This document shows positions 13,485 to 26,200 of a stretch of DNA of 64,000 nt, in pieces. Made by a program: the position numbers and the translations under genes. The stretch lies in assembly GCA_051362555.1 (NCBI GenBank), contig CM120640.1, forward strand, positions 24,104,225-24,168,224. Direction: 5' to 3'. Each line of letters opens with the position of its first letter. The stretch's first letter is position 1. Below the pieces are notes generated by a model that worked only from the letters and a program-made list of their open reading frames with translations, ran no database searches and was not told the origin of the DNA. Source of the DNA: Lingula anatina (Eukaryota > Animalia > Brachiopoda).

Positions 13485-16400
13485 TACAACGTGGATTTAT
13501 TGTTTCGAACAACGAACCACTTTGCACTTTACGGCGCTGCTGATAACAACAGCTTTCTTGTTGCTGGTACCAGTAGACTAGGGAAGGTTTCAATAGCTCG
13601 GTACATCGTGAGAAAGCAACGCTATAGCGTGGCCTTCGACAAGCGTTTATGATAATGAGGGAGATGTATTGTTTTATCGCAAAATCATTAACGGTTTAAT
13701 TTGCCGGTAGCAAACACGATTGGTAACTCTTTGCTTACTGCGTTACTGCATCGTGAGAAAATAACAGTAAATCCAACTCGCGACGATTACCGAGAAGACA
13801 TTGTTCCTTGTACTGCTTGGTATTGTTTTAGAGCTTATAGCTTTACATTTCCTCGGGGCTTTGGGAGAAACGTTTTTCGGCAGCGGGGCTTCATATCTTC
13901 AACCCCATGTGAATAGTTTGAATTAAAAATTCTCACACAAGGTAATTTAGGTAGAGAAGGAGCCTTTTTGCATGGAATAAATGAATAAAATCCTTTGATC
14001 ATTGGGTTGGAATCTCTGATGAAAAACGATACCTCAAAATTGTTTCCGACTAGACAATAGCATTAAGGCCCATATTGCTATCCTTAACGAGATTCATGTG
14101 TAAATCAAACAGTTCTATATATCATCTAAACCATCTGATTAAAGAAAATTGACAATACCTTTATACCCCGCAACAAATTTAATAATTTGACCGTTACAGA
14201 AACATCGGAACAAATTCAGTCCATGCAATGAGAAGAAATAATGAATGGGAACGTCTGAAACCTACTCCATTTTTGCGATTGTTAACTATAAACAAGAAGG
14301 ATTTAAAACCGAAATTACAGACCAGACGTTTAAAAGCTTGACAACACTTATCTGCGACTTCACATCTTAATAGGAAGTGCTTGCGGCGCCGGTAGAAGAC
14401 GAACCGCAAAAGTTGAAACGATATTTAGTCCCAGATCTCGTTGTTAAGGAGACGGTATATAATAAACAGCAAGGCCAGATTATGTTTCAAGATTACCCCT
14501 AAAAGACAATAATGACCGTTTTGCGACACGGGGTGCCATATACCTGGGTGAAATTTAATTAAAGTGACAAGCGCTGTAAGGGAAGAGCAACGGAAGAGTG
14601 AACACCTAAAGGCCGATTATTTCCAGCAACTTTCATTGCATGTTTCTTGAGTAGTAGGTCCTGACCCGAGCCTCCTGGCAAGAGAAAAGGGTGAAAAGGA
14701 GTCTCAAAATTCAATTAAAAATCTGCAGGTAAAAGACACAGGTGTGGAGTTTTATCGCCCTAGACAATTTGTTTACACCTATTGCGTTGGTTTAAGCGGT
14801 GGGTTTTTTTTATCGAATCAAGTTGTTTCACTGACTGCTTTTTTAGGGGGAGGGGTGGGACTGGAGAGAGAGGGGGGAATGAGGATGGTATTCGTCTTCT
14901 GTAAGAGCCATCAAGCATTTGTGAACAAACATTCACGAGAAAGACAAAACTGTGTAAAATTGTAGTATGTTAGACAAATAAACCCGTGAAGAAGTTACAG
15001 ATTCCCAGTTTATACGTTAAGAGAGATGAGAATGTTCCCATCAAAAGGGATATCGCTCTCACTCTCAGCTATTTTCACATATGTAGAACGGTACCGGTAA
15101 GACACTAACGGTTTAAAGAGGGACTGTCACCCACTGGTTACGTACCTCCATCCTAGTAAGAGGATTATGAAGTGGACACTTTTCCACAAAAAGAAGACTG
15201 TTTACTTGTCTTTTTCTCTTAGTTATGGGACTCATAAGTTGGCGTTGTTTGGTTTTATCGGTTTAAAACGTGAACATGTCAGAAATGTCACAAATTCAAA
15301 ACAAACACTGCGTAGATTTTGATCTGAGCTTACTCTATCGAATGAGATGAGAAACCATGCAAATTGATGCTACACGTGGACAAACGACAAAATACAAGGG
15401 ACGTTCGATCAGAACTACGTTCTCTGTTGAAAAAAAAAAAAAAAGAAAGAAAGAAAGAAAGAAAAAAAGAAAGAAAAAAATTGCGCCATTGTGTACAGAT
15501 GCTCGCCACTTGAACCTGTCTTCTTCAGATTATTTTTTTTTAGGGTAGGTAAACTTGATCACCGCTTCAAGTCACTTCCCGGTGATTGTGATATTGTAAC
15601 TATATATTGTATGGCTTTCCTGGTACTGGTTGTTCCATAACTTCATATTTCCCTATACTGATTGTAAGACCACAGTTGCAAGCCTAGGCGAACTGATCAA
15701 CGGTTTGTTGCCATTTCAGTTATGAAGCAGTCATCGGCAAACGAGAAGCCGTTGATAGAGTTTGATGTAACTGATGAAAACTTCTGAAGCCTCCTTTGAA
15801 TAGTCGGTGCGGTGATTTGATACCGATGCCTAGCTGTATTGGTATCTCTGAATACATCTGAATGCATGGTAGAAACCAATGTTGAACAGGGTGGGAGCAA
15901 GGCAACATCCTTCGTATGAGACAGAGAATGGCAAGGATAGCTATAACAGTTGGTTTAAAAAATCTGTAGCCATCAAAGAATTATAGATGTCGTTCAATGA
16001 CGATGGATTTCTGAAGACATCCATTCTATGTTTCGATTATCAGTGTATGATGTATATCAAGTAATCAAGCAGGCCGATGGATTGCAAAGAGAGTTTACAT
16101 AAAACGACAGAAAATAGAATCCAACCAAAACGCGTTTTTAAACCAATGTTCTTTGCTGCAAAACTGTAAAGTTACAATGAGGAAATGCCTTGAGTGATTA
16201 AAAGTAATTTCCTGATTTAATTATTGTCCTAAAACGTCGCTTCCTTTCACATGAGCTCTGTAGGGAAAAATAAATTTTGTTCTTCAGATTGAAATTCATA
16301 ATTTTGAATTACTTAACACGCCGCTTCACACTTCTATAACAACATTGGTTTCTAAGGGAAGACGATTGGCTTAAAACACGGAAAAAATAGGCCTACACCG

Positions 16401-17717
16401 CACATTTATTCCGTGCAAAAGGCTATCTTCCTATCATGCCATTACAAAGTTTTTAAGGGATAAGCAGTTTGTTAATTTGATATTAAACGGTATACATTAA
16501 ACGAAATAAAGTGTAGGATTAGATGATGATACAACATATAAACTACACCGTAGCTTACAAAGAAATTACGCCATCACATTTCCAGCGTGGCTGTAAAAAG
16601 AGACGGAGAATATTTGCTCTTATCTATCGAAATATCGCTTTCAATTTTTGTTATCAGAGAAAACAATCAGTGAAATCTAATATGGGCCGTAATCCGATTT
16701 ATAAACAGTACAAATCACAAGGACCGCCGAAGTCAAAACAGGACAGATGCAAATAAAACTTTCTTTTTTATCTTTTGTCATATCATCTTTCCTATTCACT
16801 CATCAAGCGTTGTTTGGGCTGGAAGTGTGAGCACAAAAGTGCAAGTTAAAGGATTTGTTTAATCTAGTGGAAGGCGGGTGCTTGAGCCGGCCACCCAGAA
16901 AGGCGACAAAGTCAGACGGATTTCACTTTCATCGGCTGGTGCAAGTATACTGGAGAGTTTTTATATGATCATTTCTATCTTGCTGTCATGACTGACTGCA
17001 GACGGACAAGGCTCTACTTCCAACTAATTTTCAAAAGCAAGCCGCCTACCTGCGCCGTGCTTCCCCCACAGGTGTCATCACATTTCTATTATATATATTA
17101 AGTATATATACCCCAGTGTATAATATCAACACGATTTTGAAATAATATTTTCCACTCTGCATTTGCTCTATTTAATTCGACCTGAAAGCTCCACAAACAT
17201 GTTTATTTGAAATCATCCCAATGCCAACAGAAATGAATGCTATAAAAGTGATGAGCTGAAGGCTAATCGCTTCTGATGGACTGGATACTTTTTGCTTATT
17301 TTAAAACAATGCTACATTGAGTAGATGTGCAATATTTACTCCAGTTGCGGTCATCCGGAATACCCAGACGCTTAATCATTGTAACCACCACACCAGGAGA
17401 AGATCTATAGGGCCCCAGTCTCAATAAAGTAAAACGAAACATCTTCGTGCTCCATTAGTTATTTGGTGTATGTTTATTGTATCGTCACATCAATATGTTG
17501 TTTGTAGTTTGCCCCTATTATGGCAGATGATTAGAGCGAGGGCTTCTTGTGCCACAATAATCTTCGTTTTGTGATTCTTTGTGTTAGCATAAAATTAAAA
17601 TCTAGGTATTTCTCAACCATGGCCGTTTTTCCCTGAATTATCAGTTTCGTTGGCTATAATGTTTTCAAAGATAAGTCTAGATTTAACAAAACATAACAAA
17701 TCTGTTCTTTTGTAAAT

Positions 17718-17723
17718 TTTATT
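17718..17723 (-). terminator. Candidate polyadenylation signal AATAAA for KCNQ1
   Basis: tttatt on plus; a GT/T-rich tract follows on the minus strand; coincides with the CpG boundary. Confidence 0.5.
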
Positions 17724-19352
17724 CAGTTGCACAATCTCCGTTATTACAATTATCAAAAAATCACAATACTTGGGTAATATCAACATCTTATGTGCAAAGT
17801 TATGTTCAAAGTGAAAAAAGTTCTTACATTAAGATAATTGTGAATAAAACCGTACAAACAGAAGAGACTTAAATTAATTCTTACTCCACCTTACTGATTA
17901 AAATTGTAATGAGTATTACCACATAAAAACTACAGGAATGACTGCAAAATACACTTTATCATAAATATTTAAACATATTATAAAGAAGCGTGTATTTCAA
18001 AGTAAGTCTACAAGTGACAAAGCATCAAATAATCTAACAATGAAAAGGGATATCCTTTAAAAATCAGACAGGAACACCAGTAAAACTAGTAACACATATG
18101 CTAAGGCAGAACAGAAGAATACCTCTGTACAACCAATATCTAATAGGTCGAAATTTTCTTCATTTTGTTCAGTATGATTATTTATATTGAGATGACATTC
18201 AAAGCAACTTGTAAATGGAGTTTCAATATCAAAATGTGAAAAGTACCCTGAAACAAAATTTCCATGTGCAGTCACCTGACATTTAGAAGACAGATTTTAA
18301 TGAGACAAAATGATCAGCTGTCTAATTTTAAAATTACCAATATGATAATAATATCACCCAGTCAATGGACACCAGTTGTAGATCCTTCTCACATCCAGTA
18401 TTAAAAAAGCTTCCTGACAATTAAATAGCATGACTATAACATAAACAGAGTCATCTAAACAGAGGCCATTTGCCTGACATCATCAGTTAACCAGATAAAT
18501 TTTGTTTGCTACAATGCTGTTTCTGAAAACGAATGCTGTTTCTGAAAATGAATTTCAAGTGAATTTGTGAAAGGGACTAAAAAATCATGGTATAATTATA
18601 TGTTGGGACTAGTCTAAGTGTTTCAATACTGATATGTTTACCACTCCATGTAAAACGCTGAATTATAAAATAAATTTTGTGTCATTAATTTTCATTGGAG
18701 TCACTCTCTTCACAAATTGCATTTAGAAAAAATTAATTTTAACTGTACTCAAGATGTATTCAGTATTTCTCATTAAATGCAGACACTTTAAAAAAAAATT
18801 ATAATAAAAACATCACACAATCACTATGAATAAAGAAATAAAGAGATATAAATGGCAAGAACAATAACAAAATAATTATTATATTAGCAAAAAATAATTA
18901 ATTAAATAGTTAAATAAAGAAAACATCCATTTTCATTAGGTTTCACTCAAAATCTTCTTGAAGAGGGTTCTGCACTAAAAAAAGGTATATTTCACCATCT
19001 GGCACATACATATAAATTTTGGGCAGATCTTGCAAAAAAACTCAAATGTTAAAACTGTTCAACTAAGGAAGACACTGAGAGATCAGCATCTCTTGGTGAC
19101 ACATCTTTAAACATAATCAACCATAAAACAGCAGCAAAGAGTCTTTTACATATTCCACTTGAAAATATCACGAGGTAAAGACATGGGCAAATTAATTTAA
19201 TTCCTCAATTTACAAAGTCAATATGACTGTTTTAATTTCTTTCCATTCCTACCTTCTACTTTATAATTACATTGCATACTGATTACTGTATGGACTTTCA
19301 TAGGTCTAAGCCCTGATAACTTGTAATAAGTATGTTGTGGTGTAAGACTGGG

Positions 19353-19546
19353 TTCAGATTCAAACATCCTACCAGCAGGACTCAACTCTGCGGGGGATTC
19401 TCCTTAAAGTGCATTCAGTGTAATCAACTTGAGTAGCTAGTTAATGAGTTAATACATCTTAGCAACACGAGGATTGCACTTACGGAGAATCTCCCAAAAA
19501 GTTCAAGCTATCCAGCTATTGTATGATGGGTTTATCTGAATGCTCC
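19353..19546. mobile_element. Degenerate copy of the same foldback MITE, inside the predicted KCNQ1 3' UTR
   Basis: Shares CAACTCTG.GGGG.ATTCTC..TTAA..G..TCAGTGTAATCA.CTT and TGTATGATGGGTTTATCTGAATG with 29657-29923. Confidence 0.75.
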
Positions 19547-20071
19547 AAGTGACCTTGTTCTGCCCTAGTCAAGTGACTATGACCACATTTTAAAGTACAT
19601 ACGCCCCATCCTGATCATGCTATCATTAAAAATGGCTTCCTGGAACTAGTGCACAAATAAGGAGGCCTAGTTAACATCCCAGGTGTTACAGAGAGCTTGG
19701 GCCTGCCCCCATTACCTCTAGCTAGCCCCTCCCCCCACCCTCCATTATAAACTAAATGGGTGTGGCACAAAAGCTGTCTCCATGTCACTTCACAGCATCA
19801 CAACCAAATATCATCATATTGCCATAAAAAACAAGTCACATTGTGTCAATCTACAGTGTATGTGTGTCTGTGATGACCACACTATCAAACTACACTGCAT
19901 AAGTTACCCATTGCCATGCTATCCTTATAACCCCTGGTTCATTTAGCTGTTTCTAGTCCTCCATGCTCCCCCTTAACACAATATGACAGCATCACTTGTT
20001 GTATTATACCCAGAATGAAGCTATTTTCCACAAAATTGGGAGAGAGGTCCGTCCATGTCCCTGAAGACAGT

Positions 20072-20179
20072 TTACACAGAGTCTTCCTTGGAATCTTCAT
20101 TCACAGCAGCATGCTTGGCTTTGACCAGTGTGTTCAGCATGATGAGTATCTGATCCAACTTCTGGTCCATTTTGTTGAC
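20072..20179 (-). CDS. KCNQ1: KCNQ1-like terminal coding exon 14 (second half of helix D coiled coil, stop)
   Basis: ctacttcccag|GTC; VNKMDQKLDQILIMLNTLVKAKHAAVNEDSKEDSV*; resembles human VTQLDQRLALITDMLHQLL and is in phase 0 with exon 13. Confidence 0.9.
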   Translation of the reverse strand, partial: VNKMDQKLDQILIMLNTLVKAKHAAVNEDSKEDSV

Positions 20180-20232
20180 CTGGGAAGTAGAAAATGAACA
20201 GCTTCTGAAAATGTTTATATATATAGATATAT

Positions 20233-20254
20233 ATGTGTGTGTGTGTGTGTGTGT
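20233..20254. repeat. (TG)n microsatellite preceded by (TA)n
   Basis: Read directly. Confidence 0.9.
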
Positions 20255-23200
20255 GGCAAATGCTTTGATAAAATATCAATCCTTTTGATATTTCAGCATA
20301 AAAGAGAAAAGGTGTTAGATTTATCAAAGCATGGAGACGGTGGAAATATTCTGACACAGGAGGAGAACAGACAACCCACAGTGAGGTAACAGTTTATAAA
20401 GTGTACTCTTTGCAGCCATAATACACTGTATATGTACGCCCAAGCACAGATGCAGATGTTTTGCCAAACAAATACAATCTGCAGGAGTGAATTCTGACTG
20501 GTGCATGCTGCAACACCCAGTCTCCTCACAAAAACAAAACAAATCTGTGTGGAAGTGATATGGAATATTGCCTCAAGACAAACGAGAGGCACAGGTGGAA
20601 AACAAAACAGTCTGTGTATGTTATTTTGTGGTGAAAAAACAGGCCTGTTGAATTTCAAATGATGTTGAAGTGAAAATGGTTCTAAAAGTACATCAGCAAC
20701 AAGCAACGAAAAAAAAAAAAAACACTAAAAAAATTTGCAACAACTACTGCAGGTAATATTTGATCAATTAAAAACTGCCTTTTTTTCCTCCACCTTTTTG
20801 AATTTACAAAATGCTCACATTTTCCATGGGGGTTACTGATAAACACATTGTAGAACTAATTCCAGTAGGTTGAACCATAAATACATTGTATTAATCAGTT
20901 AAAAGTAGCACAGAAGATTCTGGTAAGATCAAAGTCAGTATAGCTTTGATGTGCCTTGCAATATCTTCAGCATTCTGTTTATATTTTAGATCTACCTTTC
21001 CCTCAACACTATCATATTTCCGGTAGAAAACAAAAAAAGTACACTGGAGCCTCGAACTCTTGCTGAGAGTTTCTTTCTCATTCATTTCCTGACTTGCAGA
21101 CACGAAAAGATATCTTTTAAAATTACCTTTGATTTTTTTTTACAAAATTATTCAAACATTTATCCAAATCATGGATTTTTTTTTTGAGTACAAAACACAT
21201 ACAGGATGAAACCACAGCTATTTTTTCCTTCCTGAATTTTTCTTTCTGATAATATTAAATTAAAATCGCCTGGTTTCCTTCAACAAAACTGACATAAAAG
21301 CTAAGGATAAAGCAGTGCATAATTTTTGTCACACTAAATAGATGTGGAAGTATTGGAGGTAAACAACAATTTCAATAGTAGCTGTTCACTACAGAAAATG
21401 ACTAAGAATATTCTTACATAACACAGATGATGAAATTCTTTTCTGACATAAAACCTCAAAACTTCCACTCTCTCCATAGACAATGTTCTCTCAGATTCCA
21501 GTGTGACAAGTTAAAAGCACACAACAGGAATTCAAAAAGCAGCATGTGATTGCCCAGGCCTTCTGATCAATTGATACGACACCACAGCCATGTCACAGCC
21601 AGATCAGAAAACAATGTCACTGTCTCTTCCATCACAATGGTAAAACTATATGTGCTAGCTGGTGGTAAGAATATGCTGACATGAGTGCTGTGGCATACAA
21701 TACAACCACAGTTATGACAATACAGGGACTGGGGGAGAAATGATGCACTTTAATGGAAAAAATCAGCTATTTCAATCTCTGTCAGATCATATACATCAAA
21801 TTCAATTACGTCTAGCAAAATGCAGTACTTGAGTCATTTTCAAAGTGTTTTACATTTGTACAATATGTAGCTTCCATATGTTGTACAATGTACCGTGAAA
21901 TGGGAAAAATGAAAGGCACCATTTCCAGTTAGTTTCACTTACTGATGGGGCAGAAAAATTCCTTTTCCCTGATTGTTTTTTCTTTTAACAAAACAAATTC
22001 CAATTAAAAAAGACAGTAAAAAACAAACCTGTGACATTGGGACATGTGATTATGTGAAAACATAACACAATCTAAAAACTCCTCTTGTAATGAGTACTTA
22101 AATAACTCTAGGACACAATACAATAAGTGTACTTGGCAGAACCCCTACCCTTTTCCTTGTCAGAAAGGTATTTGAAACAATGGTAAGCATACCTCTGGCT
22201 CAGGTTCGATTTCATTCCAACACTGATTAGTGAATATTTAGGATACAGTATCAGTGCATTATGCAAGTGACGAGACTTACTATTGTGCAATGGAGTGAAC
22301 GGGTGCAGTCAAAACGGGGGGAAAAAAGTCCAGCTGCCATCACGAGGAATATTTCATTGAAGGCAGTTCTTGACTGAACAATGAAACTTCCATCAAATAT
22401 CATTATACTGCTGATTATAGTAAAAAAAGAAAATGTAAACTGGAAAAAGTAGCCATAGGAGCAAAACACCAGAGGAATTTCAATCCAAACACACATTTTT
22501 ATTGCTCAGGTTAAATATCCTAAGGTCTTAGGAATCAACTTGTTTCAAAGAACCAGCTAAGCTATGTCAAATGAAAAACTATCTTATAATAGGACAGAAA
22601 AGCCAAAGAACATTACTTGCCACCTGCCAAATGACAAAAAATTGAAAAATTGCCAATCAGTAATCCTTCAGTTATACAACTGTTTGATATTCTTTATATC
22701 AAATCTCCTGAATTTGTATTGGTTTTAGGACGTGTCAGCTTTGTATACACGTACATTTACAAAAACTTGGAAATTTCTCACAAAAAAATATTGATATTTT
22801 TTTCTTCACTATCAAATTTTACGAGAAAAATTGTGAAGTAAAAGTCAGATTTTAGCACACTCCTGAAAGGGAAAGATATCAAAGTGAAATAATTATTTGG
22901 TTTAGGCAGGACTTAGTAAGGCTCAACAGATTTACAGCAAGTTTATAACCCAGCTATCTCACAGCACCTGTGTACTCAAAATTCTCATCAAATCCAAGCA
23001 GGAGATGTTAGTTCTTCCCTTATACTGTGTTGACTTAAGTACCAATCAACTTTTGCCTGAAGTTTTGTAGCAAATGAATTGACAAGTGGAAATCACATGT
23101 CAGCGCATTCAAAGAAAATCGAACCTCCCATCTCAAATTATACACTTGCATGTGAGGCAGGCAAAAAAATTATCCATAGAAACTGTGACAACACAAAGCC

Positions 23201-26200
23201 TGACAAACATAAACCCCCAGTTTCTCATAAAGGGCTCGGGTCTTTGACTTTTGTTTCACAGTCTCTCTGCGTGGCACCTCGGTGTGTACTAGTGAAATCA
23301 AATACACAAAGCTAAAATGACAAGTCTCATCTTCCAATAGATCAAAGAGGCATCCGCATAGATAAGTTGCAGTTTGATTGGCTGGTTAAATGGGCAAATC
23401 AAATTGGCCAGTCTGCTGTGTTATCTTAGCAAACAGCGAGTTTTACGATCATGTGCCATGAAATTGATTTCTGGTCATCTTCCTTGCCAGGTAATTGAAG
23501 TTTAATGATAAACAGAGCTTTCAATTTTCACTCTCACAGATTTGCATCTTCTTTCCCCGTTTTTCCTGCTAAGAAAAGGCTGTTGTATGGCTGGAGTTTA
23601 AATAAGAAAATTGAAAGACAAACAAATGGTTGAAAATGTAACCTTCTTACAGTTGTTGAATGGGTCTTCTGATACGGAAAAGTGCAATATTTCTAAAGCC
23701 ATACACCAAGCATGACTTCCTCTTCACAATGCCACCATCAATTTCATTTTTGCAAATTATCAGAAAATGATATCTTATTTATCACACTTTTGCATTAACT
23801 CTATGCTGAATAGAGTCGTCAGCCTTAGAATATAAGCAATCTATTTATCACCCTATTTCTAAACCATATATCTGAATACAAATATATCTTGATCTTAGGT
23901 CTTTTTAAAGTTGATAAGAATATATTCATATTTTCTAACAAATTAATCAACACATCTGTCATCTTGAGCCAGAGTTAATTAAGATCATGGGATATGACAA
24001 AGGATATATCTTTTGTCAAAAACTTATTAAATTTTGAATAATAAACACATCTGTCATCGGACCTGGATTGGTTTGTAATCAAAGTGTCAAAAGAGGAAGG
24101 TAACACAAACAAGAAATTGAGCTGCTTTAATCTGAAGTAAATTTGAATATAATTGTCGAAGCATCAAAGATGAGAAACATAGCCTGCATGAAATGCTCAT
24201 CACTATTGAGAAATAGTGATGAAAGATTATCTACCAGCACTGTGATGGAGAAAAAAACTGGGTCATTAATAATTCAATGTAGATAACTTTGATGTTTCTA
24301 AAGCTCTGATAGCTTTGTGGTCAATTTTAAAGAAAAAGAGAACAACCATCTCATATTTCACCTGGCACACCAAAAAGATGACATTCAGAATGATTTTCAC
24401 GACATGTTTTCGCCCTGTCAAAACCAAACTCTGCCCAAACCCAACTTTTCCACTGGAAATTATATATTTTCACCTGTAACTCGTTATTTCTACTGAATGT
24501 AAATGTAAAATATCACGTCGTTCTTTATTAAAAATATAGTCAGAAATTTATACAAATTAAACAGGGAGAGAGCTGGGAAAGTAATATTAACATCCCCTGT
24601 GTGATCACCAAAAATTTCTCTGGTATATTTTGCACTGTAAATATCAAGGTGCCACATTTTTATTAACTTAAATGTATGTGTAAACATTTCTGTATGAGGT
24701 GATGTTAAATTGTACATACAACTGAGATGATATGAGCTCTTCAGGTATTAGTTACTCATCAAGTGACTTAGTCATCTGCCATTTTAAGAAGAAGTCAAAA
24801 CAAAACGTTCTCATTTTTTTTTTCCAAATACAAGTAATGAACATTATGGCATTTAGGTTTAAATCTGAATTAGAAGACAATTGAACTATGGGTTTAGTGG
24901 CCACAAAATTTTTTTGATAGAATCTTCAATCACTACAAGTACTCAGTTTCAAAGAGAGGAACCAAAAGGCTGTGCCTCACTGGGCAAAAAGCTGCAACAC
25001 AGTAACTTCAATACTTCAAACAAGGGGTTATCCCGGGGGTTATCACTGCCTAAAACAAAGGTTTACAGAAGAATTCCTCAGTTGAAGCCATACATCACAC
25101 AAGATGTGTAATTAGTTGATAACTTCGATTGTTAAAATGCTTGGGTCTGGCAATTTTTAATTTCATTGTTCTGAATATTGACCTAAACTACTTTCAGACC
25201 CATAACAGATTGATAAAGCAAACAAGTCCTCAATTTATTTCCACTTATGACAGCTTTTATCACAGACAGATAGCCCTATCTCTTCCAACAGAAATCTGAG
25301 ATATTTGTTCAGCGCCAGAATCTCTCCATGAGAACTTGTCTATACCACACAGGCCAACCCAAGATAACCACTCTAAGAGCACAAACATAAGTCCTTACGC
25401 CAGGTATTGATTTAAGAATAATAAGTTTATCTTAGACCTGTGTGCAGCAGATATTCATAAAACGTAAATATGGACCCGTGGCGGGGAGCTTTGCTCTCAT
25501 GTGAGATAATAACATGACTTTATCAGCCTTACGCCTCAGAGTAATTTACCAGTTGAGACTTATGAAGCCTCCAACAAGATTGACATGTTATCATAACATG
25601 ACCTTACAAAAATGCTTCACAACCACTACCACCAGAAAACTGTGTCCATAATTAATAGTCTCTAGATAAAAGAATGCAATGCGGATATAATGGTTTTTTG
25701 ACTTTCATAACAGGCGGCTAAACGAAACCTTTACCTGAAAAATGGTTGGTCAATTAATATCACCTGATGGCAGCAAAATAAATGAGTAATTTCCTGTTGA
25801 CGGAGTCTTGACTTAAGTTAGGTTCAGTATCAGGGTTCCCCTCTCTCCCCAGACTTCCTGTTACAGCACCTGTGTATACTTTCAACAATCTAAAGAAAGA
25901 CATGTCAATTCTACTTTGAAATTAAAAATAAAAATGGATGTTATTTTGGGATTTCCTTTCTTTGGGGGGTGGGGGTGGGGGGTGGGAAGGGAGCCCAGCA
26001 TAAGACAGATAGCTTTGATTAATCAAACATCATTTCTAAGAAATATGAAATAGATTTTACCTCATATCATAGGGTGATATGGGAATATTAAATCTGTCTT
26101 TTAAATAAGATATTATCATTTTCATCACAGATTTAATGTTCACCTAGAAAGCTTCAAACTAATAAAACCAACATAACATATGTTAATAAATGAAAGTATA

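Larger units (their letters stand above)
17700..20071 (-). other. Probable 3' UTR of the KCNQ1-like gene
   Basis: AT-rich, CpG-depleted sequence after the stop; ends near a minus-strand AATAAA where CpG content rises. Confidence 0.55.

Noticed and set aside
20097-20706. Overlapping minus-strand ORFs of 72-137 aa
   Set aside because: They span microsatellite and intron sequence; the true KCNQ1 frame is a different one starting at the 20179 acceptor
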